Counted from the stretch's first letter, positions 23,515-36,155 are shown. The stretch: 64,000 bases of DNA from Macrostomum lignano (GCA_002269645.1 NIVC01000856.1:310001-374000), one strand, 5' to 3'. Translations and numbers: made by a program. Notes: generated by a model from the sequence alone, not told the origin.

Positions 23515-26500
23515 GGCTCGCCCCCGCAGTTTGTCAGCCAGGCCGACAATTCCACGCCCTGATTTGCATTGGCGGCTGCCGCATGTGCCAAGACGTGTTG
23601 TCGTTGGCCAACTCGGCGACGGTGCCTGCCGTGGCCGTTCCAGCGTCGGCGCTGTGCCCGATGAGCTCGGTGACAGGTGACACAACTATTGTCTGTTGCT
23701 AGTACATAATGTACACAAATTACACAAAGTACAAAATGCACACAAAGTAAACAAAGAACATTAAGTACACAAAGTACACAAAGAACACAAAGTACACAAA
23801 GTACACAAAGAACATTAAGTACACAAAGGACACAAAGTACACAAAGTACACAAATGACACAAAGTACACAAAGAACATTAAGTACACAAAGTACACAAAG
23901 TACACAAAGTACACAAATGACACAAAGTACACAAAGTAAACAAAGAACATTAAGTACACAAAGTACACAAAGAACACAAAGTACACAAAGTACACAAAGT
24001 ACACAAAGTACACAAAGTACACAAAGTACACAAAGTACACAAAGTACACAAAGTACACAAAGTACACAAAGTACACAAAGTACACAAAGTACACAAAGTA
24101 CACAAAGTACACAAAGTACACAAAGTACACAAAGTACACAAAGTACACAAAGTACACAAAGTACACAAAGTACACAAAGTACACAAAGTACACAAAGTAC
24201 ACAAAGTACACAAAGTACACAAAGTACACAAAGTACACAAAGTACACAAAGTACACAAAGTACACAAAGTACACAAAGTACAAATATTAACCTTGCTCTG
24301 TTCAACTCGCAGGCTTCGGTTTCATCGGCACGCCAGAAGCAGAAAAATTTACGGAAGCGGCTGTAGCTGTGCTGAGACACGGCTCGGTGGCGGCGAACGC
24401 TGCTGCCCTCTTCTTTGACAGCAGTCAAGGTGTGCAGATGAGCTTACAGGATGTGACAGTGGGACAATACACACATCAATGAATCCAACATTCCAAGTCT
24501 AGCGATTTCATTCATCCACTCCATCTGCCAGATCCGCAGCTGATTCAGCAGTTCCTTGATTGGCTCTCCTCGGCTGGTGTGCTGACCCTGTCCTACCAGC
24601 TGGACTCTGGTGGCTTCTCAGTTGCCAAGGCGCTCGCCGGCCTGAGCAGGGTTGGGGTCAGGCACCTGTGCGTTGTTGCTGGGCAGGCGGCAACACTGCG
24701 ACTACTGGCTGAGGTTGTTATTGGAGGCTATTTCACTGAGAATCGCCCCATTGGAGAATCCCCAATTGGAGAATAACCAATAGGAGAATCCCCACAGGAG
24801 AACCCACCATAGAAGAATCCCATAGGAGAATCCTATAGGAAAATCCCCCATATGAGAATCCCCCATAGGAGAATCCACATAGGAGAATCCCCCATAGGAA
24901 TACCCCATAGAAGAATCCTCATAGGAGAATCCCCATAGAAGAATCCCCAATAGGAGAATCCACACGAGAGGATCCCCCATAGGAGGATCCCGTAGGAGAA
25001 TCCCATAGAAAAACCCCATATGAGAATCCCAATACGAGAATCGCCCATAGGAAAACCCCCACAGGAGAACCCACCATAGAACCGCTCACTAAGACTTCCC
25101 CCAACCTCATCAACTGCATCAGCCTTTCACCCGAACCATGCCGCAGGCGAGGGAGCAGTCAGCGCTGGGCCAAGGCTACTTCTGGCTCCTGCTTGACCCA
25201 GGCGATATCAGGCCGCTTCAGTTGCAGAATCTGCTTCAATCGGCGAAAGCAGACAACAAGACCGCAGGATACAGGGCCAATGTGATGCTGATCAGGAGCT
25301 CAACTTTTGGATTGTTGCACGGAGCTGATAGCGCTTGTTCGCCAGGGGCTTCGGCTGTGTTTCCAGGATGCGATCCGCTGAATATTACTGTGAGTAGAAA
25401 CAGTCAATCAAATCAATCAAGTCAATCAAGTCAATCAAGTCAATCAAGTCAATCAAGTCAATCAAGTCAATCAAGTCAATCAAGTCAATCAAGTCAATCA
25501 AGTCAATCAAGTCAATCAAGTCAACCAAGTCAACCAAGTCAATCAAGTCAATCAAGTCAATCAAGTCAATCAAGTCAACCAAGTCAACCAAGTCAATCAA
25601 GTCAATCAAATCAATCAAATCAAATCAACCAAGTCAATCAAGTCAATCAAGTCAATCAAGTCAATCAAGTCAATCAAGTCAATCAAGTCAATCAAGTCAA
25701 CCAAGTCAACCAAGTCAACCAAGTCAACCAAGTCAATCAAGTCAATCAAGTCAATCAAGTCAATCAAGTCAATCAAGTCAATCAAGTCAATCAAGTCAAT
25801 CAAGTCAATCAAGTCAATCAAGTCAATCAAGTCAACCAAGTCAACCAAGTCAATCAAGTCAATCAAGTCAATCAAGTCAATCAAGTCAATCAAGTCAATC
25901 AAGTCAATCAAGTCAATCAAGTCAATCAAGTCAATCAAGTCAATCAAGTCAACCAAGTCAACCAAGTCAATCAAGTCAATCAAGTCAATCAAGTCAATCA
26001 AGTCAATCAAGTCAATCAAGTCAATCAAGTCAATCAAGTCAACCAAGTCAACCAAGTCAATCAAGTCAATCAAGTCAATCAAGTCAATCAAGTCAACCAA
26101 GTCAACCAAGTCAATCAAGTCAATCAAATCAATCAAATCAAATCAACCAAGTCAATCAAGTCAATCAAGTCAATCAAGTCAATCAAGTCAATCAAGTCAA
26201 TCAAGTCAATCAAGTCAATCAAGTCAATCAAGTCAATCAAGTCAATCAAGTCAACCAAGTCAACCAAGTCAATCAAGTCAATCAAGTCAATCAAGTCAAT
26301 CAAGTCAATCAAGTCAATCAAGTCAATCAAGTCAATCAAGTCAATCAAGTCAATCAAGTCAATCAAGTCAATCAAGTCAACCAAGTCAACCAAGTCAATC
26401 AAGTCAATCAAGTCAATCAAGTCAATCAAGTCAATCAAGTCAATCAAGTCAACCAAGTCAACCAAGTCAATCAAGTCAATCAAGTCAATCAAGTCAATCA

Positions 26501-29500
26501 AGTCAATCAAGTCAATCAAGTCAATCAAGTCAATCAAGTCAACCAAGTCAACCAAGTCAATCAAGTCAATCAAGTCAATCAAGTCAATCAAGTCAACCAA
26601 GTCAACCAAGTCAATCAAGTCAATCAAATCAATCAAATCAAATCAACCAAGTCAATCAAGTCAATCAAGTCAACCAAGTCAACCAAGTCAATCAAGTCAA
26701 TCAAGTCAATCAAGTCAATCAAGTCAATCAAGTCAACCAAGTCAATCAAGTCAATCAAGTCAACCAAGTCAACCAAGTCAATCAAGTCAATCAAATCAAT
26801 CAAATCAAATCAACCAAGTCAATCAAGTCAATCAAGTCAATCAAGTCAATCAAGTCAATCAAGTCAATCAAGTCAATCAAGTCAATCAAGTCAATCAAGT
26901 CAACCAAGTCAACCAAGTCAATCAAGTCAATCAAGTCAATCAAGTCAATCAAGTCAATCAAGTCAATCAAGTCAATCAAGTCAATCAAGTCAATCAAGTC
27001 AATCAAGTCAATCAAGTCAATCAAGTCAACCAAGTCAACCAAGTCAATCAAGTCAATCAAGTCAATCAAGTCAATCAAGTCAATCAAGTCAAGTAAAGCC
27101 GTCACCGTTTGCAGAGCCTGGAGCTTCGGACAGTTGACGCGGTGCTGGCAGTGTCCAAGGCGCTGCTGATGCCCCAAATTTCCGCTGCCAACTCGTCCGG
27201 GAGTTGCCAGCAGAGTTGGACCGGTGGCAGCGAAGCTGCGAGTCGGCTGGCAAAGGTTTGAGGGAAGGACTCACCCTTTTGCTGGGGAGAGGGTTGCGGG
27301 GCCCTGAAGCATCAGGGAGGGGGTAGAATCATGGATCAGGGAGGGGGTAGAATCATGGATCAGGGAGGGGGTAGAATCATGGATCAGGGAGGGGGGTAGA
27401 ATCATGGATCAGGGAGGGGGTAGAATCATGGATCAGGGAGGGGGTAGAATCATGGATCAGGGAGGGGGTAGAATCATGGATCTGGGAAGTTGGGTAGAAT
27501 CATGGATCAGGGAGGGGGTAGAATCATGGATCAGGGAGGGGGTAGAATCATGGATCTGGGAAGTTGGGTAGAATCATGGATCAGGGAGGGGGTAGAATCA
27601 TGGATCAGGGAGGGGGTAGAATCATGGATCAGGGAGGGGGTAGAATCATGGATCAGGGGAGTTGGGTAGAATGAGCCTGCTAAAGGGTCAGAAGAGCCTC
27701 CAAATCGCAGCTAAAAGCACTTGTATTTCAGCTCGACAATTTCGTCACCCCCTCGTCGACCATCGTCTACGATGCCGCAAGCCGGCACCTCAGCATCAGC
27801 ATTGAGCTGCTGGCCACTCACACGAGTCTCGATGGCAGAACTAGTCACGTGCTCTCGGCGAATCGCTTCATTCGGAGCGGAACTTTTGCTGCTACTGGAA
27901 GCCGTTCGCAACTGCTGGGGATATTTCGGCATCGGGATCGACTGCTGGCCTTTCCGAACACCTTTGTGGACTTTGGCGGCCGAAGATTGCGAGTCTGCGC
28001 GCCAGATGTGAGACAGGGGAGACTGGAGAGGGACAGAGACTGGGGTAGAGTGACACAGAAATCTACAGAGTGAGCACTAGAAGTGACACAGAAATCTACA
28101 GAGTGAGCACTAGAAGTGACACAGACATCTATACAGTGAGCACTAGAAGTGACACAGAAATCTACAGAGTGAGCACTAGAAGTGACACAGACATCTATAC
28201 AGTGAGCACTAGAAGTGACACAGACATCTATACAGTGAGCACTAGAAGTGACACAGACATCTATACAGTGAGCACTAGAAGTGACACAGACATCTATACA
28301 GTGAGCACTAGAAGTGACACAGACATCTATACAGTGAGCACTAGAAGTGACACAGACATCTATACAGTGAGCACTAGAAGTGGCACAGAAATCTATACAG
28401 TGAGCACTAGAAGTGGCACAGAAATCTATACAGTGAGGACTAGAAGTGACACAGACATCTATACAGTGAGCACTAGAAGTGACACAGACATCTATACAGT
28501 GAGCACTAGAAGTGACACAGACATCTATACAGTGAGCACTAGAAGTGACACAGACATCTATACAGTGAGCACTAGAAGTGACACAGACATCTATACAGCG
28601 AGCACTAGAAGTGACACAGACATCTATACAGTGAGCACTAGAAGTGACACAGACATCTATACAGTGAGGTATCCTATCCTGCAGTTCAGGCCCTTCACCT
28701 ACTACACAAACGAGAGCTCTGAAGGCTACCTGGGCTACTCAGCTGACCTCATGGCCATCCTGCAAGAGCATCTCAACTTCTCGTGAGAATTTCGATTCGC
28801 CACTCTGAAAGTATTCTAGTTTGTTATAAACTGGCTTATTGCAAATTTTCAATTATAAAAAACCAATCTCAGAGCGTCGGTGTCTCAGGCGCCGGATCTG
28901 CAGTTTGGCGCGCCCGTGAGCGGCAGCGAGTTCTACTCCGGCTGCATCGGCGAAGTGCAACGGGGGTGAGAAACTGCGGCAGTCGGTTGGATAAGATTGA
29001 AATGGAGAGAAGGAGAGGGTAGAGAAGGAGAGGGGGAGAGAAAGAGAGGGGAGAAAAGGATAGGGGGAGAGAAGGAGAGGGGGAGAGAAGGAGATGGGGA
29101 GAGAAGGAGAGACGGGGAGAGAAGGAGATGGGGAAAGGAGATGGGGAGAGGAGATGGGGAGAGAAGGAGAGGGGGAGAGAAGGAGATGGGGAGAGAAGGA
29201 GATGGGGAGAGAAGGAGATGGGGAGAGAAGGAGAGGGGAGAGAAGGAGAGAGGGAGAGGAGAGAGTGAGAGGGAGAGAGAAGGAGAGGGAGAGAGAAAGA
29301 GAGGGGTAGAGAAGGAGAGGAGGAGAAAAGGATAGGGGGGAGAAGGAGATGGGGAGAGAAAGAGAGCGGGAGAGAAGGATAGGGGGAGAGAAGGAGAGGG
29401 GGAGAGAAGGAGATGGGAGGGAAGGAGAGGGGAGAGAAGGAGAGAGGGAGAGGGAGAGGAGAGGGTGAGAGGGAGAGAGAAGGGGAGGGGTAGAGAAGGA

Positions 29501-32500
29501 GAGGGGGAGAAAAGGATAGGGGAGAAAAGGAGATAGGGAGAGAAGGAGATGGGAGGGAAGGAGAGGGGAGAGAAGGAGAGAGGGAGAGGGAGAGGAGAGG
29601 GTGAGAGGGAGAGAGAAGGGGAGGGGTAGAGAAGGAGAGGGGAGAAAAGGATAGGGGAGAAAAGGAGATAGGGAGAGAAGGAGATGGGGAGAGAAGGAGA
29701 TGGGGGAGAGAAGGAGAGGGGGGAGAGAAGGAGATGGGGAGAGAAGGAGATGGGGAGAGAAGAAGAGGGGGAGAGAAGGAGATGGGGAGAGAAGGAGAGG
29801 GGAGAGAAGGAGATGAGGAGAGAAGGAGAGGGGGAGAGAAGGAGAGGGGGAGAGAAGGAGAGGGGAGAGAAGGAGAGAGGGAGAGGGAAAGTGAGAGGTC
29901 ACAGCCTTGAGCTACACAAAAGAGAGATTCCATCTAAAATAGCTAGTGGACAATAGATAGATAGTGAGCAGAAAGCGATCAGCAACCACTACAGTGATCG
30001 GATTGGAGATCAGCAAAGGCATCCATTTCCAACCAAAGAACGCTGACTTCGCTCTGCCATTCGCGGTGACGACTGTCCGCGCCCGGGTTGTCCAGTTCGG
30101 CTCGGACTTCCTGGCCACCTCGAACAGCATCCTGGCCAAGCGGCCCCCGGCCAGCAGCAGGATGTGGAACCTGTTCACCCCGCTGGCCCCCGGCACCTGG
30201 GCGGCTCTGCTGGCGGCTTTGCTGGCCGCTTCGCTGATTGTGTACCTGCTGGCCGCTTTCAGCCCCTTCAGCGCTTGGGACCTCGACCTGCCGTACGCCT
30301 TCGCCGACGAGGTCTGGTACAAGGAGTACCTCTGGTCTCTGATTGGCAGCCTGCTGCAGCAGGGCCAGGACTTCTATCCGTTTGCTGTCAGTCCGAGGAC
30401 TGTCATGATATTCTGGTGGATGTTCATCACCATCCTCTTTGCGGTGTACACAGGTGTGACCGACTCTCATCACAAATTCAAAGACCCCGAATTCGACTAC
30501 CCCGAATTCAAAGACCCCGAATTTAGAGATCCCGAATTCAAAGACCCCGAATTCAAAGATCCCGAATTCAAAGACCCCGAATTCAAAGATCCCGAATTCA
30601 AAGATCCCGAATTCAAAGATCCCGAATTCGAGCATTCTAGATTTAAAGATCCCGAACTCAAATATCCCAAATTCAAAAAATCTTAAAATTAATAAGATCC
30701 CAAAATCCAAATCATCCTAGATCAAAGATCCCAATGATGTAGATTTTATTAGGTTTAAGATAAAAAATTAATCAATTATCAATTAAAATGATCCCAGAAA
30801 TGATTTTGGAAGTACGTTAGAAATCTGGAAGCACAAATACGAGAATATGAAACTGCGAGACAACCTTCCTGCAGGCGACATGACCGCTCATCTTGCAACG
30901 TCGGTAACCAGCTTCCCGATTCGAACCCTGGACGACCTGATCGCCAATCCCGAATACAAGGTGGTGGTCACCAAGGGCACCAATCTGGAGTCAAGCATCC
31001 TCATGGCAACCGATGGACCGTTTGTTAAAGTCCGCCAGATGCTGACCGACCCAGCGGAGACCCAGGAGGAGTGCGCCAGGATTGTGCGTTTGGGATATTC
31101 TCCCATTGGGATAGCTTCTCTGATGGGATCAGACTGCACTGGGATATTCTCCCATTGGGATAACTTCTCTGATGGGATCAGACTGCACTGGGATATTCTC
31201 CCATTGGGATAACTTCTCTGATGGGATCAGACTGCACTGGGATATTCTCCCATTGGGATAGCTTCTCTGATGGGATCAGACTGCACTGGGATATTCTCCC
31301 ATTGGGATAGCTTCTCTGATGGTATCAGACTGCATTGGGAATAATCTCCCCAAAATGTTGCAGCTGCTCAGGTCGACGGACTCTCACCTGGTCTGCATCG
31401 CTGACACCTTATCGAATGTGTACTTCGCGAATGAGTTCTGCAAGCAGCTGTACCTGGCTGAGGATCGCTTCAACTTCTTCTTCATCAGCATGGCCCTGCC
31501 TATTGATGTCTACTATTATCCTGCTTTCAACCGGCTGTGAGTGAGACAGTCAGTCAGTCAGTCAGTGAGTCAGTGAGTGAGTGAGTGAGTGAGTGAGTGA
31601 GTCAGTCAGTCAGTCAGTCAGTCAGTCAGTCAGTCAGTCAGTCAGTCAGTCAGTCAGTCAGTCAGTCAGTCAGTCAGTCAGTCAGTCAGTCAGTCAGTCA
31701 GTCAGTCAGTCAGTCAGTCAGTCAGTCAGTCAGTCAGTCAGTCGGTCAGTCAGTCGGTCAGTCAGTTAGTCTAAAAAAAATTTCTAAGAAATATCAATTG
31801 ATTGCTGTTTGTACAAATTGATTTTTGTCCCAAATGGACTGCAAAAGCTTTTGACTGAAGAGGAACCAATAAATTCTTTACCATTTATTTTTTCTTTTTT
31901 TATCATTTCTTCAGGCAAATAAGTGAAAGCAGCTTTGAAGTTCTTGCAGTCAATATTTGTTTGAGTTGCTTCCTCTTGCTGCCAACACAATGCTCGAATC
32001 GATGCGTCATATTGGCCCAGCTAGTCAGTTTCCAGCTCAAGCTTAAGCAGAGAAAATTGCATGACAAAAAGATGAACTAACGAGGACTCAACGCTTTCTA
32101 CTTTGTATTTGAGGTATAGAGTTGGCTGGAGTTATAAATCTATTTGACTAATTATTCTTACTGGGGTATATAAATGATCTTTACTTCCGGTTGTAGATTC
32201 AGTAGCCTTTTAGCTAGCTCGTGACTTCCGGTTTTCATGCAAATAACTTTTAGCTACTTCCGGTTGTGGATCAAATAACTTTTCTTCCAGTTGTAGATCA
32301 AACAACTTTTAAGCTACTTCCGGTTGCAGATCCATTAACTTTTAAGCACTTCCGGTTGTAGATTCGGTAGCCTTTTAGCTACTTCCGGTTTTCATGCCAA
32401 TAACTTTTAAGCTACTTCCGTTTGCGGGTCAAATAGCTTTTAAGCTACTTCCGGTTGTAGATTAAGTAGCCTTTTAGCTACTTCCGGTTTTCATGCCAAT

Positions 32501-32963
32501 AACTTTTAAGCTACTTCCGGTTGCAGATCCAATAACTTTTAAGCACTTCCGGTTGTAGATTCGGTAGCCTTTTAGCTACTTCCGGTTTTCATGCCAATAA
32601 CTTTTAAGCTACTTCCGGTTGTAGATCCAATAAAACGATCTTGACTTCCGGCTGTACGAACTAGTGTTTGGATCAATATACCGGAAGTGAATCATTTATT
32701 AATCCGCACGCACATTTAGACTGCAGAGGTCTCGCGAGTCCGGCTTAGCCAAATGGCTGCGCCAGCGTTATTACCCGGAAACCAACGACGAGTGCTCGGT
32801 GGCGGGCGTCACAGCCGCAGCCGGCGCCATCAGCTTTGACGCAATCGGCGGAGCCTGCCTAGCAACCGCCGCTCTGTACGCTAGCGGGCTGATCATCCTG
32901 GCGTTGGAGCTCGCGTGGACCCGGCTGATGAAACGGGAGGCGTTGGAGTGCCGCTGCTACTGA
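23175..32963 (+). CDS. Ionotropic glutamate receptor family protein, divergent non-NMDA/IR-like, with ATD; 13 exons, about 870 aa
   Basis: Exons: 23175-23412, 23530-23676, 24313-24429, 24532-24713, 25123-25389, 27115-27255, 27732-28007, 28685-28782, 28873-28965, 30014 (or 30039)-30453, 30875-31083, 31364-31536, 32720-32963 (TGA). Signal peptide MQVHIFIAAVSLWL. S1: RPF, GYSADL, DLQFG, SGCIGEV, ADFALPFAVTTVRARVVQF. M1; P-loop WSLIGSLLQQG; M3 WWMFITILFAVYTGDMTAHL; S2; M4. ATD exon boundaries are less certain. Confidence 0.87.
23430..23513. repeat. (GACA)n microsatellite, iGluR intron 1
   Basis: Direct reading. Confidence 0.92.
23708..24282. repeat. 9-bp satellite AGTACACAA, iGluR intron 2
   Basis: Homogeneous 3' half, diverged 5' half. 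Confidence 0.93.
24740..25080. repeat. Degenerate 14-15-bp minisatellite TAGGAGAATCCCCA, iGluR intron 4
   Basis: Direct reading. Confidence 0.85.
25401..27092. repeat. 9-bp satellite AATCAAGTC (variant AACCAAGTC), iGluR intron 5
   Basis: About 1.7 kb; source of the 652-aa QVN/SIK ORF. Confidence 0.95.
27308..27670. repeat. 24-25-bp minisatellite GGGTAGAATCATGGATCAGGGAGG, iGluR intron 6
   Basis: Direct reading. Confidence 0.9.
28045..28668. repeat. 33-bp minisatellite AGTGAGCACTAGAAGTGACACAGACATCTATAC, iGluR intron 7
   Basis: About 19 copies. Confidence 0.93.
29005..29895. repeat. GA-rich polypurine tract, iGluR intron 9
   Basis: GGAGAGAAGGAGA(T/G)GG-type units. Confidence 0.88.
30475..30660. 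repeat. 15-bp minisatellite AAAGATCCCGAATTC, iGluR intron 10
   Basis: Explains the FKDPE tail of ORF 29964-30686. Confidence 0.88.
31091..31345. repeat. 49-bp minisatellite with two internal hairpins, iGluR intron 11
   Basis: About 5 copies of TGGGATATTCTCCCATTGGGATAGCTTCTCTGATGGGATCAGACTGCAC. Confidence 0.9.
31537..31768. repeat. (GAGT)n/(CAGT)n microsatellite starting at the donor of iGluR intron 12
   Basis: Direct reading. Confidence 0.92.
32180..32690. repeat. Degenerate 31-35-bp minisatellite with core ACTTCCGGTT, iGluR intron 12
   Basis: About a dozen ACTTCCGG copies plus one inverted copy near 32680. Confidence 0.85.
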
Positions 32964-33000
32964 CGGCCCCGACCACCAACTTTCTGAATATTGACGACTC

Positions 33001-33006
33001 AATAAA
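33001..33006 (+). promoter_or_regulatory. Polyadenylation signal of the iGluR gene
   Basis: AATAAA 38 nt after the stop codon at 32963. Confidence 0.55.
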
Positions 33007-33254
33007 AGCTTAAGTAAACTATGGCTAACAATGCCTCGTCAGCTTATCAGTAAAGTTGAACAATTCGAGTTAAGTTTAAGTTAATTATTGACTTGACATC
33101 AACATTCATAATGTGCAACATTGTGTATTTGATATCAATTTGTCCAAACCTATTATTAATGAGAAAGATGAAAATCAAATTTTACAGCTTAAAATCTGTT
33201 TCATTTTGATTCCTTTTATTCACCCATTACAAAATCTCATCTCAATTGAATCTC

Positions 33255-33860
33255 ACTCCACTCACCACACTACCCCCATCCCAGCCTCCCACAGCCCACA
33301 CTACCCCATCCCACACTCCTGCATCCCACACTCCCGCATCCCACACTCCCGCATCCCACACTCCCGCATCCCACACTCCCGCATCCCACACTCCCGCATC
33401 CCACACTCCCGCATCCCACACTCCCGCATCCCAAACTCCCCCATCCCACACTTCCACATGCCACACTCCCCCATCCCACACTCCCCCATCCCACACTTCC
33501 ACATGCCACACTCCCCCATCCCACACTTCCACATGCCACACTCCCGCATCCCACACTCCCGCATCCCACACTCCCCCATCCCACACTTCCACATGCCACA
33601 CTCCCCATCCCACACTACCCCATCCCACACTCCCGCATCCCACACTCCCGCATCCCACACTCCCCCATCCCACACTTCCACATGCCACACTCCCCATCCC
33701 ACACTCCCCCATCCCACACTTGCCAATCCCATACTCCCTATCCCACACTCCCCCATCCCACGCACTCGATTCCACACTACGGAGATACCACACTCCCCAT
33801 GGCACTTCTCAATCCCACACCCTCTATCCCACACTCCATATCCAACATTACCCATTCTAC
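33255..33860. repeat. 15-bp minisatellite CCACACTCCCGCATC
   Basis: Lies between the convergent iGluR and NPC1 3' ends. Confidence 0.9.
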
Positions 33861-34150
33861 ATTGACCAATCCACACCCCTATCCAACTACCTCATCTCAA
33901 ACTCATCTTATCCCTAATGTCAGTCAGACAGGTGAGGGAATTGTCCTTTAGAATTTTCTTGCCGAGTTACGCATCTTCCTATCAATTGATACAACTGATG
34001 CACAGATGTACATGTGGATATTTCATCACAGATACATTTTGGTCTTAATATTAATAAGTGGAGAATTGTGAGTCGAGTAGTTATTAAAAGACAGTACACA
34101 ACAGTTTGAGCACCCCAACAGAGAAATCAGTGCATGTCCACTCAGGTAGA

Positions 34151-34332
34151 CTAGTATTGATCAACATTGAGCACCAGATTGCCCAGCCCGTCATCTGCCG
34201 AGTAGGCATCCTCGGCCACCTCGGCGTTTGCTTCGCCCGGCAGCGACACCATGGAGCTCTGCGTGCCAAAGGCCACCCGGCTGAAGATGCTGCGCCGCGT
34301 CTTCAGGACTTTGTGCTGGTTGGCTGGCGGGC
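34151..34332 (-). CDS. NPC1: Probable alternative (distal) terminal exon of NPC1
   Basis: Acceptor cttcctatcgcag. Phase 1 matches the NPC1 exon ending at 36674. Encodes (G)PPANQHKVLKTRRSIFSRVAFGTQSSMVSLPGEANAEVAEDAYSADDGLGNLVLNVDQY* and resembles vertebrate NPC1 LSYIGPSVNKAK. Confidence 0.65.
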
Positions 34333-34384
34333 CTGCGATAGGAAGGGTTGAGGGAGAGGCTGCAGGGAGGGAATAAAATTGGAT

Positions 34385-34790
34385 GCGGAGTGAGGTGGAT
34401 ATGGAGTGAGGTGGGTGTGCGGAGTGAGGTGGATATGGAGTGAGGTGGGTGTGCGGAGTGAGGTGGATGTGGAGTGAGGTGGGTGTGCGGAGTGAGGTGG
34501 GTGTGGAGTGAGGTGGGTGTGCGGAGTGAGGTGGGTGTGAGAGTGAGGTGGGTTTGAGAGTGAGGTGGATGTGAGACTGATCGGTGGGTGTGAGAGTGAG
34601 GTGGTTGTGGAGTGAGGTGGGTGTGCAGAGTGAGGCGGGTGTAGAGTGAAGTGGGTGTGCGGAGTGAGGTGGGTGTGCGGAGTGAGGTGGGTGTAGAGTG
34701 AAGTGGGTGTACGGAGTGAGGTGGGTGTGGAGTGAGGCGGGTTTAGAGTGAAGTGAGTGTACGGAGTGAGGTGGGTGTGAAGTGAGGTTT
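34385..34790. repeat. 16-18-bp minisatellite GTGCGGAGTGAGGTGGGT
   Basis: Abuts the acceptor of the distal NPC1 terminal exon. Confidence 0.88.
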
Positions 34791-35584
34791 TTCAGTTGAA
34801 TTTTTTCCATTTTATTCTAAGCGCCTTAGTTACAATGTAGGACGTACAATTAAAAAATTACATGTACCTGTAGGAAACCTAAATGCTTCTACATACTAAA
34901 TAATACTGAGGACGTACGTAACAAATTAGATAATAAATTAGCTGTCAAAATCAAGGTGTGCAAATCAAGCGCTGCGCTCATAATCAAGCAGTGTTAACCT
35001 CCTTTAACCGTACTTAAAAATCGAACCAAAGGCGCCAAGACAATTCAGGATTCAAAATTTAAAATTCATGTGATGATGCCTGTGATGATGTTATACATAA
35101 CACATGTACTTGATATCGTTTAAAGGTCGAACTTGTTATTAATGAAAGACAACTGACAAGCAAAATTTACTGCTTAAAATCTATGAGTCTTATAAATATT
35201 CTTAATAGGCCGGGTATAAAATTGTATTTAATATTTTTAAATGTCTTATAGAGCATGAGAGAATTAATATTAAAATGCGCGAACAATGCGGTAACTTCGT
35301 TCCATCATTAACACAAAACTGGAGGAAAGCGAGTGGTAGGCAGATGCATCATGGCTGGGATAGCAGTTTCTTGTGGCCGCTTCAAATTCATGATTTATTA
35401 CTGGGAATAAATCATTCATATCACACTACATATATTAGGTTGTTGATCCGTATTAAATGTTAGATCCAATATCCGGCACTTGTGAAATTTTTTGAGGAGA
35501 TGCGAAAATCAGAGACTGAGATTGAGATAGAAAATACTCGTAGGTAATGAGATGGATAGAAATTGAAATATTATAAAATGGAAT

Positions 35585-35775
35585 GAATATGAGAGATAGA
35601 ATATGGAGATAGGAGAGATAGACTATGAGATGAGAGAGATAGAATATGGAGATAGGAGAGATAGACTATGAGATGGGAGAGATAGAATATGGGATAGGAG
35701 AGATAGAATATGAGATGAGAGAGATAGAATATGGGATAGGAGAGATAGAATATGAGATGAGAGAGATAGACGGTG
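35585..35775. repeat. About 21-bp minisatellite GAGAGATAGAATATG(A/G)GATAG
   Basis: Direct reading. Confidence 0.8.
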
Positions 35776-36149
35776 AGACGGTGGAAGGTGAGATGAGAAA
35801 AGAAAGTGCACAAAGAGAAGCAAAGAAAGGTGACAAGCGCCAGACAGAACACTCAGATTAAATACTTGCAAATTGAAATTTTACGAGAAAAAGACAGCAA
35901 TAATCTTGCAACACTACTGAGGCTCGAGTAGAGTGAACTGATAATTAACAATCGAAAAATATTAAGCAGATTTCTGTCTGGACACAACAAACCATTACAA
36001 GATAGAGGGGGGGGGCATACAATATAAGAAAAAAGGAATATAAAATCTACAATAATCGATATTGTGCAAGTGGCTTTAATAGTGAGAGGAGTTCGCTTCT
36101 GTAAACCAACAGGTCCATGCAGATTGGCAAGATTCAACGGAGTCTACAG

Positions 36150-36155
36150 TTTATT
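36150..36155 (-). promoter_or_regulatory. Polyadenylation signal after the proximal NPC1 terminal exon
   Basis: TTTATT on plus = AATAAA on minus, about 47 nt past the TGA at 36202. Confidence 0.45.

Noticed and set aside
25138-27096. 652-aa ORF with long SQ/QVN/SIK repeats (prion- or antifreeze-like appearance)
   Set aside because: Only 25123-25389 is an iGluR exon; the rest is a stop-free 9-bp intronic satellite after a canonical gtgagt donor.
28045-28668. CRISPR-like appearance of 24-49-bp repeats here and at 31091, 38690 and 62900
   Set aside because: The repeats are head-to-tail with no unique spacers and no cas genes; the context is eukaryotic introns.
28070-28786. (VSTRSDTDIYT)n ORF in frame with iGluR exon 8
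   Set aside because: It is a 33-bp intronic array. Retention from exon 7 hits a stop at 28071-28073, and the internal tacag acceptors are in the wrong phase.
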